DNA of 64,000 nt from Alphaproteobacteria bacterium (GCA_965216755.1 CBDCGL010000011.1:2208001-2272000); one strand, 5' to 3'; shown: positions 10,193 to 20,703, numbered from the stretch's first letter. The notes: generated from the sequence alone by a model not told the origin. Numbers and translations are program-made.

Positions 10193-11215
10193 ATGACTGA
10201 CGTTCAGATTCTATACCCAGACAATTTTTCGCCCGATGTCGAGTCCGGCGAAAAATCGATCAACGGCCACAAGGTGACGATCACTGCCTATGGCGCCCGC
10301 AACGCCGACGATATTCCGCACGAGGTGTGGCAAAGCGCCCAGGGTTTGATCACCGGGATCGGCATGGCCATCGACGACAAGGTCTTCGATCGCGCGCCGG
10401 CCTGCCGCATCGTGACCCGCATGGGCGTTGGCGTCGACATCATCGATGTCGATGCGGCGTCGCGGCGTGGCATCGCGGTTTGCAACGTACCCGACTACGG
10501 CACCAATGAAGTGTCGGATCACGCCATCGCCTTGTTGCTCAGCTTTACCCGCGGCATTGTGCGCTATAACGATGCGTTCCGCGACGACCCCGAAGATGGC
10601 TGGCACTATTTGCACAGCCCGACCACGGTACGCATGTGCGGCAAGACGTTTGGTGTGATTGGCTTGGGCCGTATCGGAACGGCATCGGCCATGCGCGCCA
10701 AGGCGTTCGGCATGAACGTGATCTTCTACGATCCCTATGTACCGGACGGTCAGGATTTGGCGCTCGGCATCACGCGTGCCGAAACCCTCGCAGATCTCTT
10801 GGGGTCCGCAGATTTCGTGACAATCCACGCGCCACTTACCCTCGAGACGCGCAATCTGATCAATCACGACGCGGTAGCCGCCATGAAGCCCGGGCTAATT
10901 TTGATCAACACGGCGCGTGGGCCGATCGTCGATTTGGATGCCGTCCATGACGGGCTGGAAGAGGGTCAGCTCGGTGCTGCGGGCCTGGATGTGCTGCCGG
11001 CCGAACCACCGCCGGCCGACAATCGGCTCATACAGGCTTGGCGGCAAAGGGCGCCTTGGTTGGAAGGCCGTTTGGTGATCACGCCGCACGCTGCCTTTTA
11101 CAGCCAAGTGGGCATCACATTTATGCGCGACAAAGCTTTGTCAACATCGGTCGACTATATTGCCACCGGGCGCCTAAGAAACTGTGTCAACCAATCTGCA
11201 TTGGCGACTCGCTGA
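10193..11215 (+). CDS. D-isomer-specific 2-hydroxyacid dehydrogenase (CtBP-like)
   Basis: NVPDYGTNEVSDH, GLGRIG, INTARG, LDV and ITPHAAFYS motifs. Confidence 0.9.
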   Translation: MTDVQILYPDNFSPDVESGEKSINGHKVTITAYGARNADDIPHEVWQSAQGLITGIGMAIDDKVFDRAPACRIVTRMGVGVDIIDVDAASRRGIAVCNVPDYGTNEVSDHAIALLLSFTRGIVRYNDAFRDDPEDGWHYLHSPTTVRMCGKTFGVIGLGRIGTASAMRAKAFGMNVIFYDPYVPDGQDLALGITRAETLADLLGSADFVTIHAPLTLETRNLINHDAVAAMKPGLILINTARGPIVDLDAVHDGLEEGQLGAAGLDVLPAEPPPADNRLIQAWRQRAPWLEGRLVITPHAAFYSQVGITFMRDKALSTSVDYIATGRLRNCVNQSALATR

Positions 11216-11775
11216 TCAAACGCGACCCCGGTGCGCGTGCGTTGCTGGCTTGGCCTAACATAAGCGATGACCGCGTCGGGGGCGCCCTCGCGTCGATGAA
11301 TCACGCGAGTCTTTAGCCGTCCACAGATATTGCGACGCCAAGCAAATTGGCGCAGGCGCACGAAAAATCAGGCATTGCCTATCAACTCAAAGCGCAGCAT
11401 GATGCAAGGCGTCTCACCTAAATGACGTAGCCGGAACGGCGTATCGCATTTTGGTTGTATACCCCTGAACTTCGACCCGCAGTGCGCTCGCAAATAGCCA
11501 TGCAACAAAAAGACTTTATTGATACGATGTCGTTTTTAGTATGATATTGCATTCCAACTCGTTGGATTGGACGAGTTGGATCTCGGTGCCGTGCCGACAC
11601 ATGGGTGGTTCTCACATGAACCCGGCGACCATCGCGGTCGTTCGCTTCACGTTGCGCGATCCGAAGCGATAATCGGATCGCAAAAAAAGAAATTGGGTTC
11701 GATACGATCAAGTCGGCCCTTGGTTTGATTGTGCATTCATGATTTGCAGCACATGTTATCGAATAGGGTAATTTC

Positions 11776-12210
11776 ATGACGCGCGACACTGTGCCGCCAA
11801 GTGCGGAACGACCATCGACCCTGAAGATTTTGGTGGCGGAAGATAACAAAGTGAACCGGTTGATTTTGCAGACAATGCTCGAAAAGGTCGGGCATGATGT
11901 GATTGTCGCCTGTGATGGCCGAGAAGCGGTCGAAGCGGCCTCCAGCCAAAGCTTCGACGTTATTTTAATGGATGTGCAGATGCCCGAGGTAGATGGTCTC
12001 AGTGCCACACGGACGATACGGTCGATGGCAGGAGAGATCCGCAACGTGCCGATCATCGCCGTAACTGCCAACACCACACCCGAGGACCGCGACGCCTGCT
12101 TTGCCGCCGGCATGGATGAATTCGTCACCAAACCGATTAAATCGGGCGGGTTGTTGGCCGCCATTTACGATGTAATGACGCGCAAAAAGGCCACCGACCG
12201 CGAAATCTAG
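11776..12210 (+). CDS. Stand-alone response regulator receiver (CheY-like)
   Basis: ILVAEDN, ILMDVQMPEVDG, IIAVTA and TKP motifs; no output domain. Confidence 0.9.
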   Translation: MTRDTVPPSAERPSTLKILVAEDNKVNRLILQTMLEKVGHDVIVACDGREAVEAASSQSFDVILMDVQMPEVDGLSATRTIRSMAGEIRNVPIIAVTANTTPEDRDACFAAGMDEFVTKPIKSGGLLAAIYDVMTRKKATDREI

Positions 12211-12315
12211 CTCACAGGTCCTGAGGCACAATTCGGCCTGCAACCATTGCCACTTTCGCTGTAGCATACGGGGTCGATTGACCGATCTCGCCAACCTCGG
12301 GGAAAGTGCCTTCGG

Positions 12316-14067
12316 ATGGACCAAAAGTTACCGTCGCGCATCGTATTGATGATCTTGTGTGTTGTCGCTGTCTCGCTCAGCTGGCCCGCCGGCACATGTA
12401 GGGCCCAGGCCCCGTCGCAAACGCCGCCCGCCGAGTTTCAAGTTCAGGAAGCCGACGCCGTTGGCGAGGAAATTCCCGATGTCGCCGAACCAAGCGTTGA
12501 AACTGTCACGGCGTCGTTGGAAACGCTAGCAAGTCTGCTCGACACCGTGGCGGCGAAACGCGCCGACATCGAAGAGGTGAAAAGAGAGATTCAAAACGCG
12601 ACGACGGAAGTCGAAGAAACCGAGCGATTGGAGGTTCTACGCGGCCTCCAAACGGAAGTTCTGAAGATCGAATCACAGATCCAGGCACTGGCCACCGGCA
12701 CTGCCGACACAGAGTTTGATTTGGCCTCGGGCGAAGATATCGATCTCAAGACCGAGATCGAGCAGCTTTTTCAACCATTCGTTCTTATGCTGAAGTCGGC
12801 GACGGATGATGCGCGGCAGATCGAACGTTTGCGTCGCCTTAAGCTCACGGCGCAGCGGCACCGCACCATGGCCAACCGCGCGCTCGAAAATATTGAACCC
12901 CTATTGGCCAACAATCAAGACGCGATCGTCGGCGATAAACTGGTTGAAATCAAAGCTTTGTGGCAAGAGCGATTGGCCGCGGCCAGTGATAGGTCGATTT
13001 CCGTCGACCGCCAGCTTAGCGCCAAGTTGGCCAGTCGCGAGTCAGCCACCGACAGCGCCCGGCGCGCGTTTACCGGCTTCTTCCGCGACCGGGGCATCAA
13101 TCTTCTGCTCGGTGTCGGCGCTTTTTTGGTCGTGGTCGTCGTCATGCGGGTTATCGCGCGTGTCGCCAGCCGATTGTACCGGCGTCGCAATGCGGTGCGC
13201 TCCACATCTGCGCGGGTTGCCAGTTTGTTGTTCACTTTCGCCACGTTCGCGCTCGCAATCGTGGCCATGCTGATCGTGTTCAACACTCTCAATGATTGGC
13301 TGTTGCTGGGCATTACGATGATATTCTTGATCGCCCTCGGCTGGGTGAGCGTCAAGATGATCCCCAGCATGGTTGAACAAATCGCATTGTTGCTGAACCT
13401 GGGTGCGGTGCAAGAAGGTGAACGGGTCATGTTCAACGGCATCCCGTGGAACGTGAAGTCACTCGATTTCTACACCGACCTAGAGAATCCGGCGCTTGCC
13501 GGCGGCACGTTCACGGTGCCGATCCGCGAGCTGATTGGCCTACACTCGCGCCCGACATCGACAAAGGAGCTGTGGTTTCCCTGCGCCGAAGGCGATTGGG
13601 TCAAATTGCAGGACGACAATATCGGACGGGTGATTTTTCAAAGTCCGGAAATGGTGCAGATCGAGGAATTGGGCGGCGCACGCATCACCTATCCCACGGG
13701 CGCGTTCCTGGAGCAAAACCCTAAGAACCTGTCCGGCGATTACCGTGTAGAGGTCGAGTTCGGCATCGATTACCGGCATCAGGCGATCGCCACCACCGAA
13801 ATCATGGCCAAGCTGCAGCAATCGGTCCATGCCGGCCTGTCGAAGATATTGGCGCCGGATGAGCTGCGCGCGGTCGAAGTGGAGTTTCTGCGCGCCGGCA
13901 ACTCGTCGCTCGACTACGAAGTCGAAGCCGATATCGCCGGCAAGGCCGCCCACAGATTTGAACAGGTGGAACGCACCATGGCCGCAATTCTGGTCGACAC
14001 TTGCAACGAGAACGGCTGGGTGATTCCTTTCCCGCAGCTCACCCTGCACCGCGCCGACGCGGCGTAG
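12316..14067 (+). CDS. MscS-domain protein with signal peptide and long N-terminal coiled-coil
   Basis: Signal peptide, helical periplasmic region, about 3 TM helices, C-terminal EFGIDY and IPFPQLTLH (MscS C-terminal signature). Confidence 0.75.
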   Translation: MDQKLPSRIVLMILCVVAVSLSWPAGTCRAQAPSQTPPAEFQVQEADAVGEEIPDVAEPSVETVTASLETLASLLDTVAAKRADIEEVKREIQNATTEVEETERLEVLRGLQTEVLKIESQIQALATGTADTEFDLASGEDIDLKTEIEQLFQPFVLMLKSATDDARQIERLRRLKLTAQRHRTMANRALENIEPLLANNQDAIVGDKLVEIKALWQERLAAASDRSISVDRQLSAKLASRESATDSARRAFTGFFRDRGINLLLGVGAFLVVVVVMRVIARVASRLYRRRNAVRSTSARVASLLFTFATFALAIVAMLIVFNTLNDWLLLGITMIFLIALGWVSVKMIPSMVEQIALLLNLGAVQEGERVMFNGIPWNVKSLDFYTDLENPALAGGTFTVPIRELIGLHSRPTSTKELWFPCAEGDWVKLQDDNIGRVIFQSPEMVQIEELGGARITYPTGAFLEQNPKNLSGDYRVEVEFGIDYRHQAIATTEIMAKLQQSVHAGLSKILAPDELRAVEVEFLRAGNSSLDYEVEADIAGKAAHRFEQVERTMAAILVDTCNENGWVIPFPQLTLHRADAA

Positions 14068-14070
14068 GGT

Positions 14071-14343
14071 TAGAGCCCTTTCGGACTGTATGGAGCCGTT
14101 CTGCCGGAGCGACTTTGCGCCAGGATCAAGTCGCTGTCCGCAGGGCGTATTGGGCATACGGCCCAGGATAGCGGCGCAGAGGTTGGTGCAAAAGCGCCCG
14201 GCCCTGCGGGTTTGTGACCGGCGGGCGGCCACTTTGTCGGACGGCTTGCCCGATGCGACAGCATCGCGCTGCGCCGTCCTTCGTGTGGACCACCGCGCCG
14301 GATCGCAATCAGAATCGGCTCCATATAGTCCGAAAGGGCTCTA
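14071..14343. mobile_element. 273-bp MITE-like element with ~30-bp terminal inverted repeats
   Basis: Left end TAGAGCCCTTTCGGACTGTATGGAGCCG; reverse complement of right end TAGAGCCCTTTCGGACTATATGGAGCCG (27/28 identical). TA at both termini, internal hairpins, no transposase. Confidence 0.8.
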
Positions 14344-15459
14344 GTCCCGTTCCGCCAGGATGTCGGTGGTGGCGTGCCAGAGCGTGAATTTGTCGGACAA
14401 GGAAAAGTCTGGGTCGACATGGCCCAGGCCATCGAGCAAATAGAGACGCGAACGGCCGCGCGGCAGTTGCGCGTGTAGGCGTGCACTTTCGGTCGAAGGA
14501 ATCACCGGATCTGCGCGACCGTGGATCAAATAGAGCGTCGCGGCGAGCCGCGACATATCGGCCGATGACGGATCGAGCGACCGCATTTCTGCGCGCAGGC
14601 GCGGATTGAGCGCGGCCATCAGTTCGGGCACGCGCTCCGGGTCGGCATTGGTCAACAAAGCGAGCACCGCCTGACCCTCGGCCCGCATGCCGCGTGTCAA
14701 GTCGGCGATCGGCGCCGCCAAGTCGTCAAGTTTCCGTGCGGCGATTTGGGCCAAGCGGGCCTGATCATCAGGATCCGCAACTTGATCGGCATTGCTGTGC
14801 AGAAACACCCATTTGCCATACGGATTGGGCGGCGCATGGCGCCAGCGGTGCTGGGCCGCGCGACGATAGAACCCGGTCGTGACGAACGTGACCAATTGGC
14901 TGATATCGTAATAGCCGCCGATCGTGATCAGGAACCGAACATCTTCGGCAATAAGCGAGTCCGCGGTGGCGATCAAGGCGGGGCCGGCCGCGTAGCTAAT
15001 GGCGATCAGGCCAATGCCGCCCGCCGGAGTGTCCGGATTTCGGTCACGCAGCCAGCCAAATGCGGCAACGATCTCTTGCGCATCGGCACCGCGCACCTTG
15101 AGCGCCTTCAATGACGGCAATTCGGGCACCATGACCAAAAATCGCACCCGCGCCAGACTCTTGGCGAAATCGACCAGCCGCGTGTCGTTCTTTCCTTGCG
15201 GGGTGACGCCCGGTACCAGGACCAAGGCGCGGCGGCTACCTTCAGGCGACCGATAGATATCGGCGACACGCGGGGTGTCGCCAAACTGGTAGTGGATGGT
15301 GGACACGACCGGAGCCGGCGTGGTCGCTTTGAGCCGGCTGTGTTCCGCGCCCGCAGCCACGTCGGCCAGCACTGCGGCCGCGTCCCAACCGTTGGGTCCA
15401 CAGCCAGTCGTGGCGCACACCAAGAGCAACAGCAAAATCCGCGGCCGTATCGCGCTCAT
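14341..15459 (-). CDS. Putative lipoprotein, alpha/beta-hydrolase fold
   Basis: Hydrophobic N-terminus ending ATTGC (lipobox-like); VLVPG, AISYAAG elbow, HGRADPVIP and LGHV. Confidence 0.65.
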   Translation of the reverse strand: MSAIRPRILLLLLVCATTGCGPNGWDAAAVLADVAAGAEHSRLKATTPAPVVSTIHYQFGDTPRVADIYRSPEGSRRALVLVPGVTPQGKNDTRLVDFAKSLARVRFLVMVPELPSLKALKVRGADAQEIVAAFGWLRDRNPDTPAGGIGLIAISYAAGPALIATADSLIAEDVRFLITIGGYYDISQLVTFVTTGFYRRAAQHRWRHAPPNPYGKWVFLHSNADQVADPDDQARLAQIAARKLDDLAAPIADLTRGMRAEGQAVLALLTNADPERVPELMAALNPRLRAEMRSLDPSSADMSRLAATLYLIHGRADPVIPSTESARLHAQLPRGRSRLYLLDGLGHVDPDFSLSDKFTLWHATTDILAERD

Positions 15460-15526
15460 AACGCACTAAGATGGGGATGCCACATCGTTGTGTTAATGGC
15501 GTGTCGCGCGGGAGTGCTTGCTGACC

Positions 15527-16372
15527 ATGATTGACGCCTTGCGCATCGTCGCCGCGATTGCTATCGCTTACGGCTTGATCGTTGCCGCCGCCTGCACGTG
15601 GCAACGTCGGCTGATCTATTTCCCCGACCAAAATCTCCCGGAACCGATTGCCGTCGGTGTTGGCGACATGACACCCGTCACCCTGCATACCGATGACGGG
15701 CTCGATCTGGTCGCCTGGCACCATGCACCGCCCCAGAGTGGCGCCGCCACCATCGTTTATTTTCACGGCAATGCCAGCCACATCGCCAATCGGGCACCCT
15801 ATGCGCGACGTTTCATCGATGAGGGTTTTGGCGTGCTTTTGTTGGAATATCGCGGCTATGGCGGCAATCCAGGAACGCCCGATGAAGTCGGTCTTTATGC
15901 CGATGCCCACGCCGCGATCGACTGGCTGAAGACAAATGGCATAGCGACCGACCACATGATTATCTTCGGCGAATCGCTGGGCGCGGCGGTTGCCGTGGAC
16001 GTTGCCCAGCACTACGATTTCGCTTTGGTCGCGTTGCAGGCGCCGTTTACCTCGCTGCCCGATGTCGGTGCCCGGGCTTATCCCTGGCTGCCGGTGCACT
16101 GGCTCACCCGCGACCAATTCGCCTCCATCGACAAGATCGGCGCCGCACGCGCGCCGGTTCTTGTGATTCACTGCATGGGCGATCGTATCGTGCCATTCGA
16201 TATGGGTGAGGCATTGTTCGCCGCCGCACCGGAACCGAAGGCGAGCCTGTTCGTTGACGCGCCGTATCACACCGCTTTGGATCTACCCCATGTCATGGAC
16301 AGCCTGCTCGAACATCTGCGGGCCGCGAATCTCGGTATTCACACCACGCCGACCGGCCAAGACACACCATGA
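15527..16372 (+). CDS. Membrane-anchored alpha/beta hydrolase (ABHD13/Bem46-like)
   Basis: N-terminal TM, QRRLIYFP, YFHGNA, EYRGYG and GESLG nucleophile elbow. Confidence 0.85.
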   Translation: MIDALRIVAAIAIAYGLIVAAACTWQRRLIYFPDQNLPEPIAVGVGDMTPVTLHTDDGLDLVAWHHAPPQSGAATIVYFHGNASHIANRAPYARRFIDEGFGVLLLEYRGYGGNPGTPDEVGLYADAHAAIDWLKTNGIATDHMIIFGESLGAAVAVDVAQHYDFALVALQAPFTSLPDVGARAYPWLPVHWLTRDQFASIDKIGAARAPVLVIHCMGDRIVPFDMGEALFAAAPEPKASLFVDAPYHTALDLPHVMDSLLEHLRAANLGIHTTPTGQDTP

Positions 16373-16441
16373 ATTGAACCGGGCCCTGCGGACTCCTATG
16401 GTAACGGTCTGACCTGCGCGGATCGGAAGGAGGCAAGGATC

Positions 16442-17047
16442 GTGGCGAAATCGATTGATTACTATTTGGCGCTGTCGTCGCCGTGGACATATCTAGCCGC
16501 ACCCCGGTTCAAGGACTTGGTCGCCAAACACAGCCTGACCGTCAACTGGAAACCGTTCAACATCATGCATGTCTTTGGACTGAACGGCACCAAGCCGGTC
16601 GGCCAGCGTCCGAAGCCCGTGCAAGCCAACCGGCTCAATGAATTGCGCCGTTGGCACCAACATCTAGGCATGCCTCTGACCCTGCATCCGAAGTTCTTTC
16701 CGGTCGATCCGACGACCGCAGGCCACATGTTGATCGCGGCAACGCAAGAGGGCAAAGGCGACGTCATGGCCCTGGCAACGGGCTATCTGACCGCGGTGTG
16801 GGCGGAGGAACGGAATATCGCCGATGACGCGACGTTGATTGCGGTGGCCGAGGCCGCGGGCTTCGATGGCGCCGCCCTGCTGGAAGCGTCAAAGTCGCAG
16901 GCCGCCGCCGACATCTTTGCGCGCAACACGGACGATGCCATTGCCGCCAATGTGTTTGGTTCGCCGATCTGGGTCTACAATGGCGAATTGTTCTGGGGTC
17001 AAGATCGGCTGGAGTTCGTCGACCGTGCAATCGAGGCGGACGCATGA
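16442..17047 (+). CDS. 2-hydroxychromene-2-carboxylate isomerase/GST-kappa (DsbA-fold) protein
   Basis: SSPWTYLA at the N-terminus; VFGSP and ELFWGQDRL at the C-terminus. Confidence 0.9.
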   Translation: MAKSIDYYLALSSPWTYLAAPRFKDLVAKHSLTVNWKPFNIMHVFGLNGTKPVGQRPKPVQANRLNELRRWHQHLGMPLTLHPKFFPVDPTTAGHMLIAATQEGKGDVMALATGYLTAVWAEERNIADDATLIAVAEAAGFDGAALLEASKSQAAADIFARNTDDAIAANVFGSPIWVYNGELFWGQDRLEFVDRAIEADA

Positions 17048-18711
17048 ACCTATTGCGTTTGATTCGAGGTGTTCTGTGGAGCCTAGCCGTGCTGGCCGTG
17101 GCGCCCGCCGCCGTCGCGCAAGCGCGCGACACCCTAACCATCGGCATGACCCAATTTCCGGCCACCTTTCATCCGGCAATCAACTCGATGTTGGCGAAGT
17201 CCTATGTGTTGAACATGGCATTGCGACCGCTGACAACTTACGACCAAGAGTGGAATTTGGTCTGCGTCCTGTGCACGAAACTGCCGACGATCGAAAATGG
17301 CTTGGCGGTGCCAGAAGAGCTGCCCGAGGGCGGCACGGGCGTCGCGGTCACTTATACGCTTCATCCCGACGCCACCTGGGGCGATGGCACGCCGGTGACC
17401 ACCGACGATGTGGTCTTTACCTGGGAGGTCGGTCGCGACGAACGCAGTGGCTTCGCAGGTTATGAAGGATATCGCAGAATCCTGGCCATCGACGTGGTTG
17501 ATGAGAAAACTTTTGTCGTGCACGGCGACCGTCTATCCTACCAGTACAACGCCGCCAACGGCTTCTACGTCTTGCCGGCTCATTTGGAACGCACCGCGTT
17601 CACCGACCCTTTGGAGTATCGTCATCGAACGCTTTTCGATACCGACACGACAAATCCGGGTCTTTATTTCGGTCCCTATCGCATCAGCGCGATCGAGTCG
17701 GGGTCGCACGTCGTCTTGGAGCGAAATCCAACTTGGTACGGCCCGACGCCACAGTTCGAGAGGATCATCGTCCGCACGATCGAGAACACCGCTGCCTTGG
17801 AAGCGAACCTGCTCTCAGGCGCCATCGACTATGTTGCTGGCGAGCTCGGTTTTACCATTGAACAGGCGTTGTCGTTCGAAAGGCGCCAAGGTGCCAATTA
17901 CGACGTGTTGTTTAAGCCAGGTCTGATTTACGAACATCTCGACGTCAATTTAGACAATCCGATATTGGCCGATCGGCGAGTCCGCCAAGCACTGCTTTAC
18001 GCCATCGATCGGGTAAGCTTGACGGCGCAATTGTTCGGCGGCAAACAACCGGTTGCCCATTCCAACATCAATCCGCTTGACAAGGTCTATAGCGAGAACG
18101 TCCCGATCTATAGCTATGACCCGGACAAAGCTGCCGCTCTGCTTGGCGAAGCCGGGTGGGGTGAGATGCGCGACGGCATCCGCCATAACGCGGCAGGCGA
18201 GAAATTGACACTGCCGCTGATGACCACCGCCGGCAATAAGTCGCGTGAGCTGGTCCAGCAGGTGCTACAAAGCCAATGGCGCAAATCGGGAATCGACGCG
18301 GTCATTCGCAATGAGCCAGCGCGGGTATTCTTTGGTGAAACCATGACAAAGCGCGCCAATCCCGGCCTGTCGATGTATGCCTGGCTGAGCGCGCCCGAAG
18401 GCTTGCCATTGACGACCTTGCGGTCCGACGCGATTCCCAGCGCCGACAATGGCTGGTCGGGACAGAACTATCCGGGTTATGCCAACCCCGCGATGGATAC
18501 GCTGATCGACACGATCGAGATTGAACTGGACCCCACCGAGCGGATGCCACTGTGGGCCGAGCTACAAGACCTGTATGCGACCGACTTGCCGGCCTTGCCG
18601 CTGTTCTTCCGGGCCGAAGCATATTTCTTCCCGAGATGGCTGACCGGGGTGCGGCCCACCGGACATCTGGTAACCACCACCTTGTGGATCGAAGAATGGC
18701 GCGCGCAGTGA
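17044..18711 (+). CDS. Peptide/nickel ABC transporter substrate-binding protein (family 5)
   Basis: Signal peptide; ATWGDGTPVTTDDVVFTW, GPYRI and VRQALLYAIDR motifs. Confidence 0.9.
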   Translation: MNLLRLIRGVLWSLAVLAVAPAAVAQARDTLTIGMTQFPATFHPAINSMLAKSYVLNMALRPLTTYDQEWNLVCVLCTKLPTIENGLAVPEELPEGGTGVAVTYTLHPDATWGDGTPVTTDDVVFTWEVGRDERSGFAGYEGYRRILAIDVVDEKTFVVHGDRLSYQYNAANGFYVLPAHLERTAFTDPLEYRHRTLFDTDTTNPGLYFGPYRISAIESGSHVVLERNPTWYGPTPQFERIIVRTIENTAALEANLLSGAIDYVAGELGFTIEQALSFERRQGANYDVLFKPGLIYEHLDVNLDNPILADRRVRQALLYAIDRVSLTAQLFGGKQPVAHSNINPLDKVYSENVPIYSYDPDKAAALLGEAGWGEMRDGIRHNAAGEKLTLPLMTTAGNKSRELVQQVLQSQWRKSGIDAVIRNEPARVFFGETMTKRANPGLSMYAWLSAPEGLPLTTLRSDAIPSADNGWSGQNYPGYANPAMDTLIDTIEIELDPTERMPLWAELQDLYATDLPALPLFFRAEAYFFPRWLTGVRPTGHLVTTTLWIEEWRAQ

Positions 18712-18745
18712 AGCCAAGTTTCGACTAACCATCGGCACCCAGGCA

Positions 18746-19714
18746 TTGGCTGCGGTCGCGCTAGACGTCAAGGATCTGAGCATCGCCTTCCCAACCCGGC
18801 GCGGTCGGGTGCACGCTGTCGACGGGATGTCGTATCAGATCGCTGCGGGACGAACCCTCGGGCTGGTCGGTGAAAGCGGCTGCGGCAAAAGTGTCGGGGC
18901 CTTGGCGGTGATGGGTCTTGTCGACCCGCCGGGTCAGGTCACGGCTGCGCGCATACGCCTGGGGCACCGAGACCTTGCCGCCATGGGCGAAACAGACTTG
19001 GCGCGGCTTCGTGGCAATCGGATTGCCATGATCTTTCAAGAACCCATGACCGCGTTAAATCCTGTCTACACGATCGGCGATCAAGTCGCCGAGACGCTCG
19101 TGGTCCATCGGGGATTGGGTTCCCGTGCCGCGCGCGCCGCGACGGTTGCCTTGCTGGATCGCGTCGGCCTGCCGGCGCCCGACAAAAGGGCGCGAAACTT
19201 TCCCCATCAGCTTTCCGGCGGCATGCGCCAGCGTGTGATGATCGCCATGGCGCTGTCATGTCATCCAGACGTGCTGATCGCCGACGAACCTACCACAGCG
19301 CTCGATGTCACGGTGCAGGCGCAGGTCTTGGAACTGATCCTTGAACTGCAAGACGAAATCGGCATGGCCGTGTTGATGATCAGCCACGATTTGGGCGTGG
19401 TGTCCGAGGTCGCCGACGATATTGCTGTGATGTACGCGGGTCGCATTGTTGAGCAGGCGCCGGCCGAGGTCATTTTCGTGCGCGCCCGTCATCCCTATAC
19501 GCAGGGATTGTTGGCGACGGCGCCCGCAATCGGTGCCCATCTCGATAGGTTGCCATCGATCGCGGGTTCGGTACCGGATCTGGCGGCGCTACCTGTTGGC
19601 TGCGCGTTTCGCGACCGCTGCCCGCTGGCGGATCAAGACTGCGCCGAAGCCGCGCCGACGCTTGTGACGGTTGCTGAACAGCACAGCGTGGCATGCCACA
19701 AACAAGGCCCATGA
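18746..19714 (+). CDS. Peptide ABC transporter ATP-binding protein (OppD/DppD-like)
   Basis: [25 protein letters not shown] and a C-terminal Cys-rich oligoHPY domain. Confidence 0.92.
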   Translation: MAAVALDVKDLSIAFPTRRGRVHAVDGMSYQIAAGRTLGLVGESGCGKSVGALAVMGLVDPPGQVTAARIRLGHRDLAAMGETDLARLRGNRIAMIFQEPMTALNPVYTIGDQVAETLVVHRGLGSRAARAATVALLDRVGLPAPDKRARNFPHQLSGGMRQRVMIAMALSCHPDVLIADEPTTALDVTVQAQVLELILELQDEIGMAVLMISHDLGVVSEVADDIAVMYAGRIVEQAPAEVIFVRARHPYTQGLLATAPAIGAHLDRLPSIAGSVPDLAALPVGCAFRDRCPLADQDCAEAAPTLVTVAEQHSVACHKQGP

Positions 19715-20700
19715 GCGCCGGTCCCAACATGTTGCTCGCGGCACATGCGCTGGTGAAGCACTTTCCGGTACGCAGCGGCGCTTTCGGCCACGGCGCGGCG
19801 GCAGCGGGCGCGACAGTCCGCGCGGTCAACGGCGTGGACCTTTGCCTGCGGCGCGGCGAAACATTGGCCCTGATCGGCGAAAGCGGGTGCGGCAAGACCA
19901 CGCTCGCGCGGCTGCTTGGCATGCTTTATACGCCAACCGATGGGAAAATCCTGCACCAGGGCCAAGACATCACCGACGTGCGGGGTCGCGCCGCCCGGCC
20001 GATCCGGCGCGCCATTCAAATGATCTTTCAGGATCCGTTTTCCTCGCTCGATCCGCGCATGCCAATCGGCGCGGCGATCGAACAACCGCTTGTCATCCAC
20101 CGGCAAGGTCAACGCGCCGTGCGGCGCGCGCGGGTTGCGTCCGTGATGGATGCCGTCGGCTTGACGCCGTCGCACGCCGATCGATATCCGCATGAATTCT
20201 CCGGTGGCCAGCGTCAGCGTGTGGTCATCGCCCGCGCCCTGGCGTTGGCGCCCTCGATCATCATTGCCGACGAACCTGTTTCCGCGTTGGATGTGTCCAT
20301 TCAAAGCCAAATCCTCAACCTCCTCAAAGACCTGAAACGCGACCTGGGCCTTTCGTATCTATTCATCAGCCACGACCTGGCTGTGGTCGATTTTATCGCC
20401 GACCGGATCGCAGTCATGTATGCCGGACGCATTGTCGAAGCCGCGCCACGCGACGCCTTGATGTCGTCGCCGAAGCACCCCTACACCCAGGCGCTGCGCG
20501 CCGCCGTGCCCGCGATGCAAGCTGGCAAAAGGAGGCTTGGCACGGCCGTGAAAGGCGAGGCGCCAAACCCCGCGGCTCTTCCCACGGGCTGCTCGTTTCA
20601 CCCGCGCTGCCCGGTTGCCCTTGAACGTTGTCGCCAAGCGACCCCTTTGCTGGCCGGCACCGCGGCCCACGTCGTCGCCTGCCACCAAGCAAACGCCTGA
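19711..20700 (+). CDS. Peptide ABC transporter ATP-binding protein (OppF/DppF-like)
   Basis: GESGCGKT, FSGGQRQR, ADEPVSALD and HPYT; ATGA overlap with the upstream gene. Confidence 0.92.
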   Translation: MSAGPNMLLAAHALVKHFPVRSGAFGHGAAAAGATVRAVNGVDLCLRRGETLALIGESGCGKTTLARLLGMLYTPTDGKILHQGQDITDVRGRAARPIRRAIQMIFQDPFSSLDPRMPIGAAIEQPLVIHRQGQRAVRRARVASVMDAVGLTPSHADRYPHEFSGGQRQRVVIARALALAPSIIIADEPVSALDVSIQSQILNLLKDLKRDLGLSYLFISHDLAVVDFIADRIAVMYAGRIVEAAPRDALMSSPKHPYTQALRAAVPAMQAGKRRLGTAVKGEAPNPAALPTGCSFHPRCPVALERCRQATPLLAGTAAHVVACHQANA

Positions 20701-20703
20701 GCA

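Noticed and set aside
14090-14344. 84-aa ORF (and the 138-aa opposite-strand ORF) sharing the C-terminus APYSPKGL
   Set aside because: The shared ending is a by-product of the MITE inverted repeats; no evidence of a real protein or transposase.
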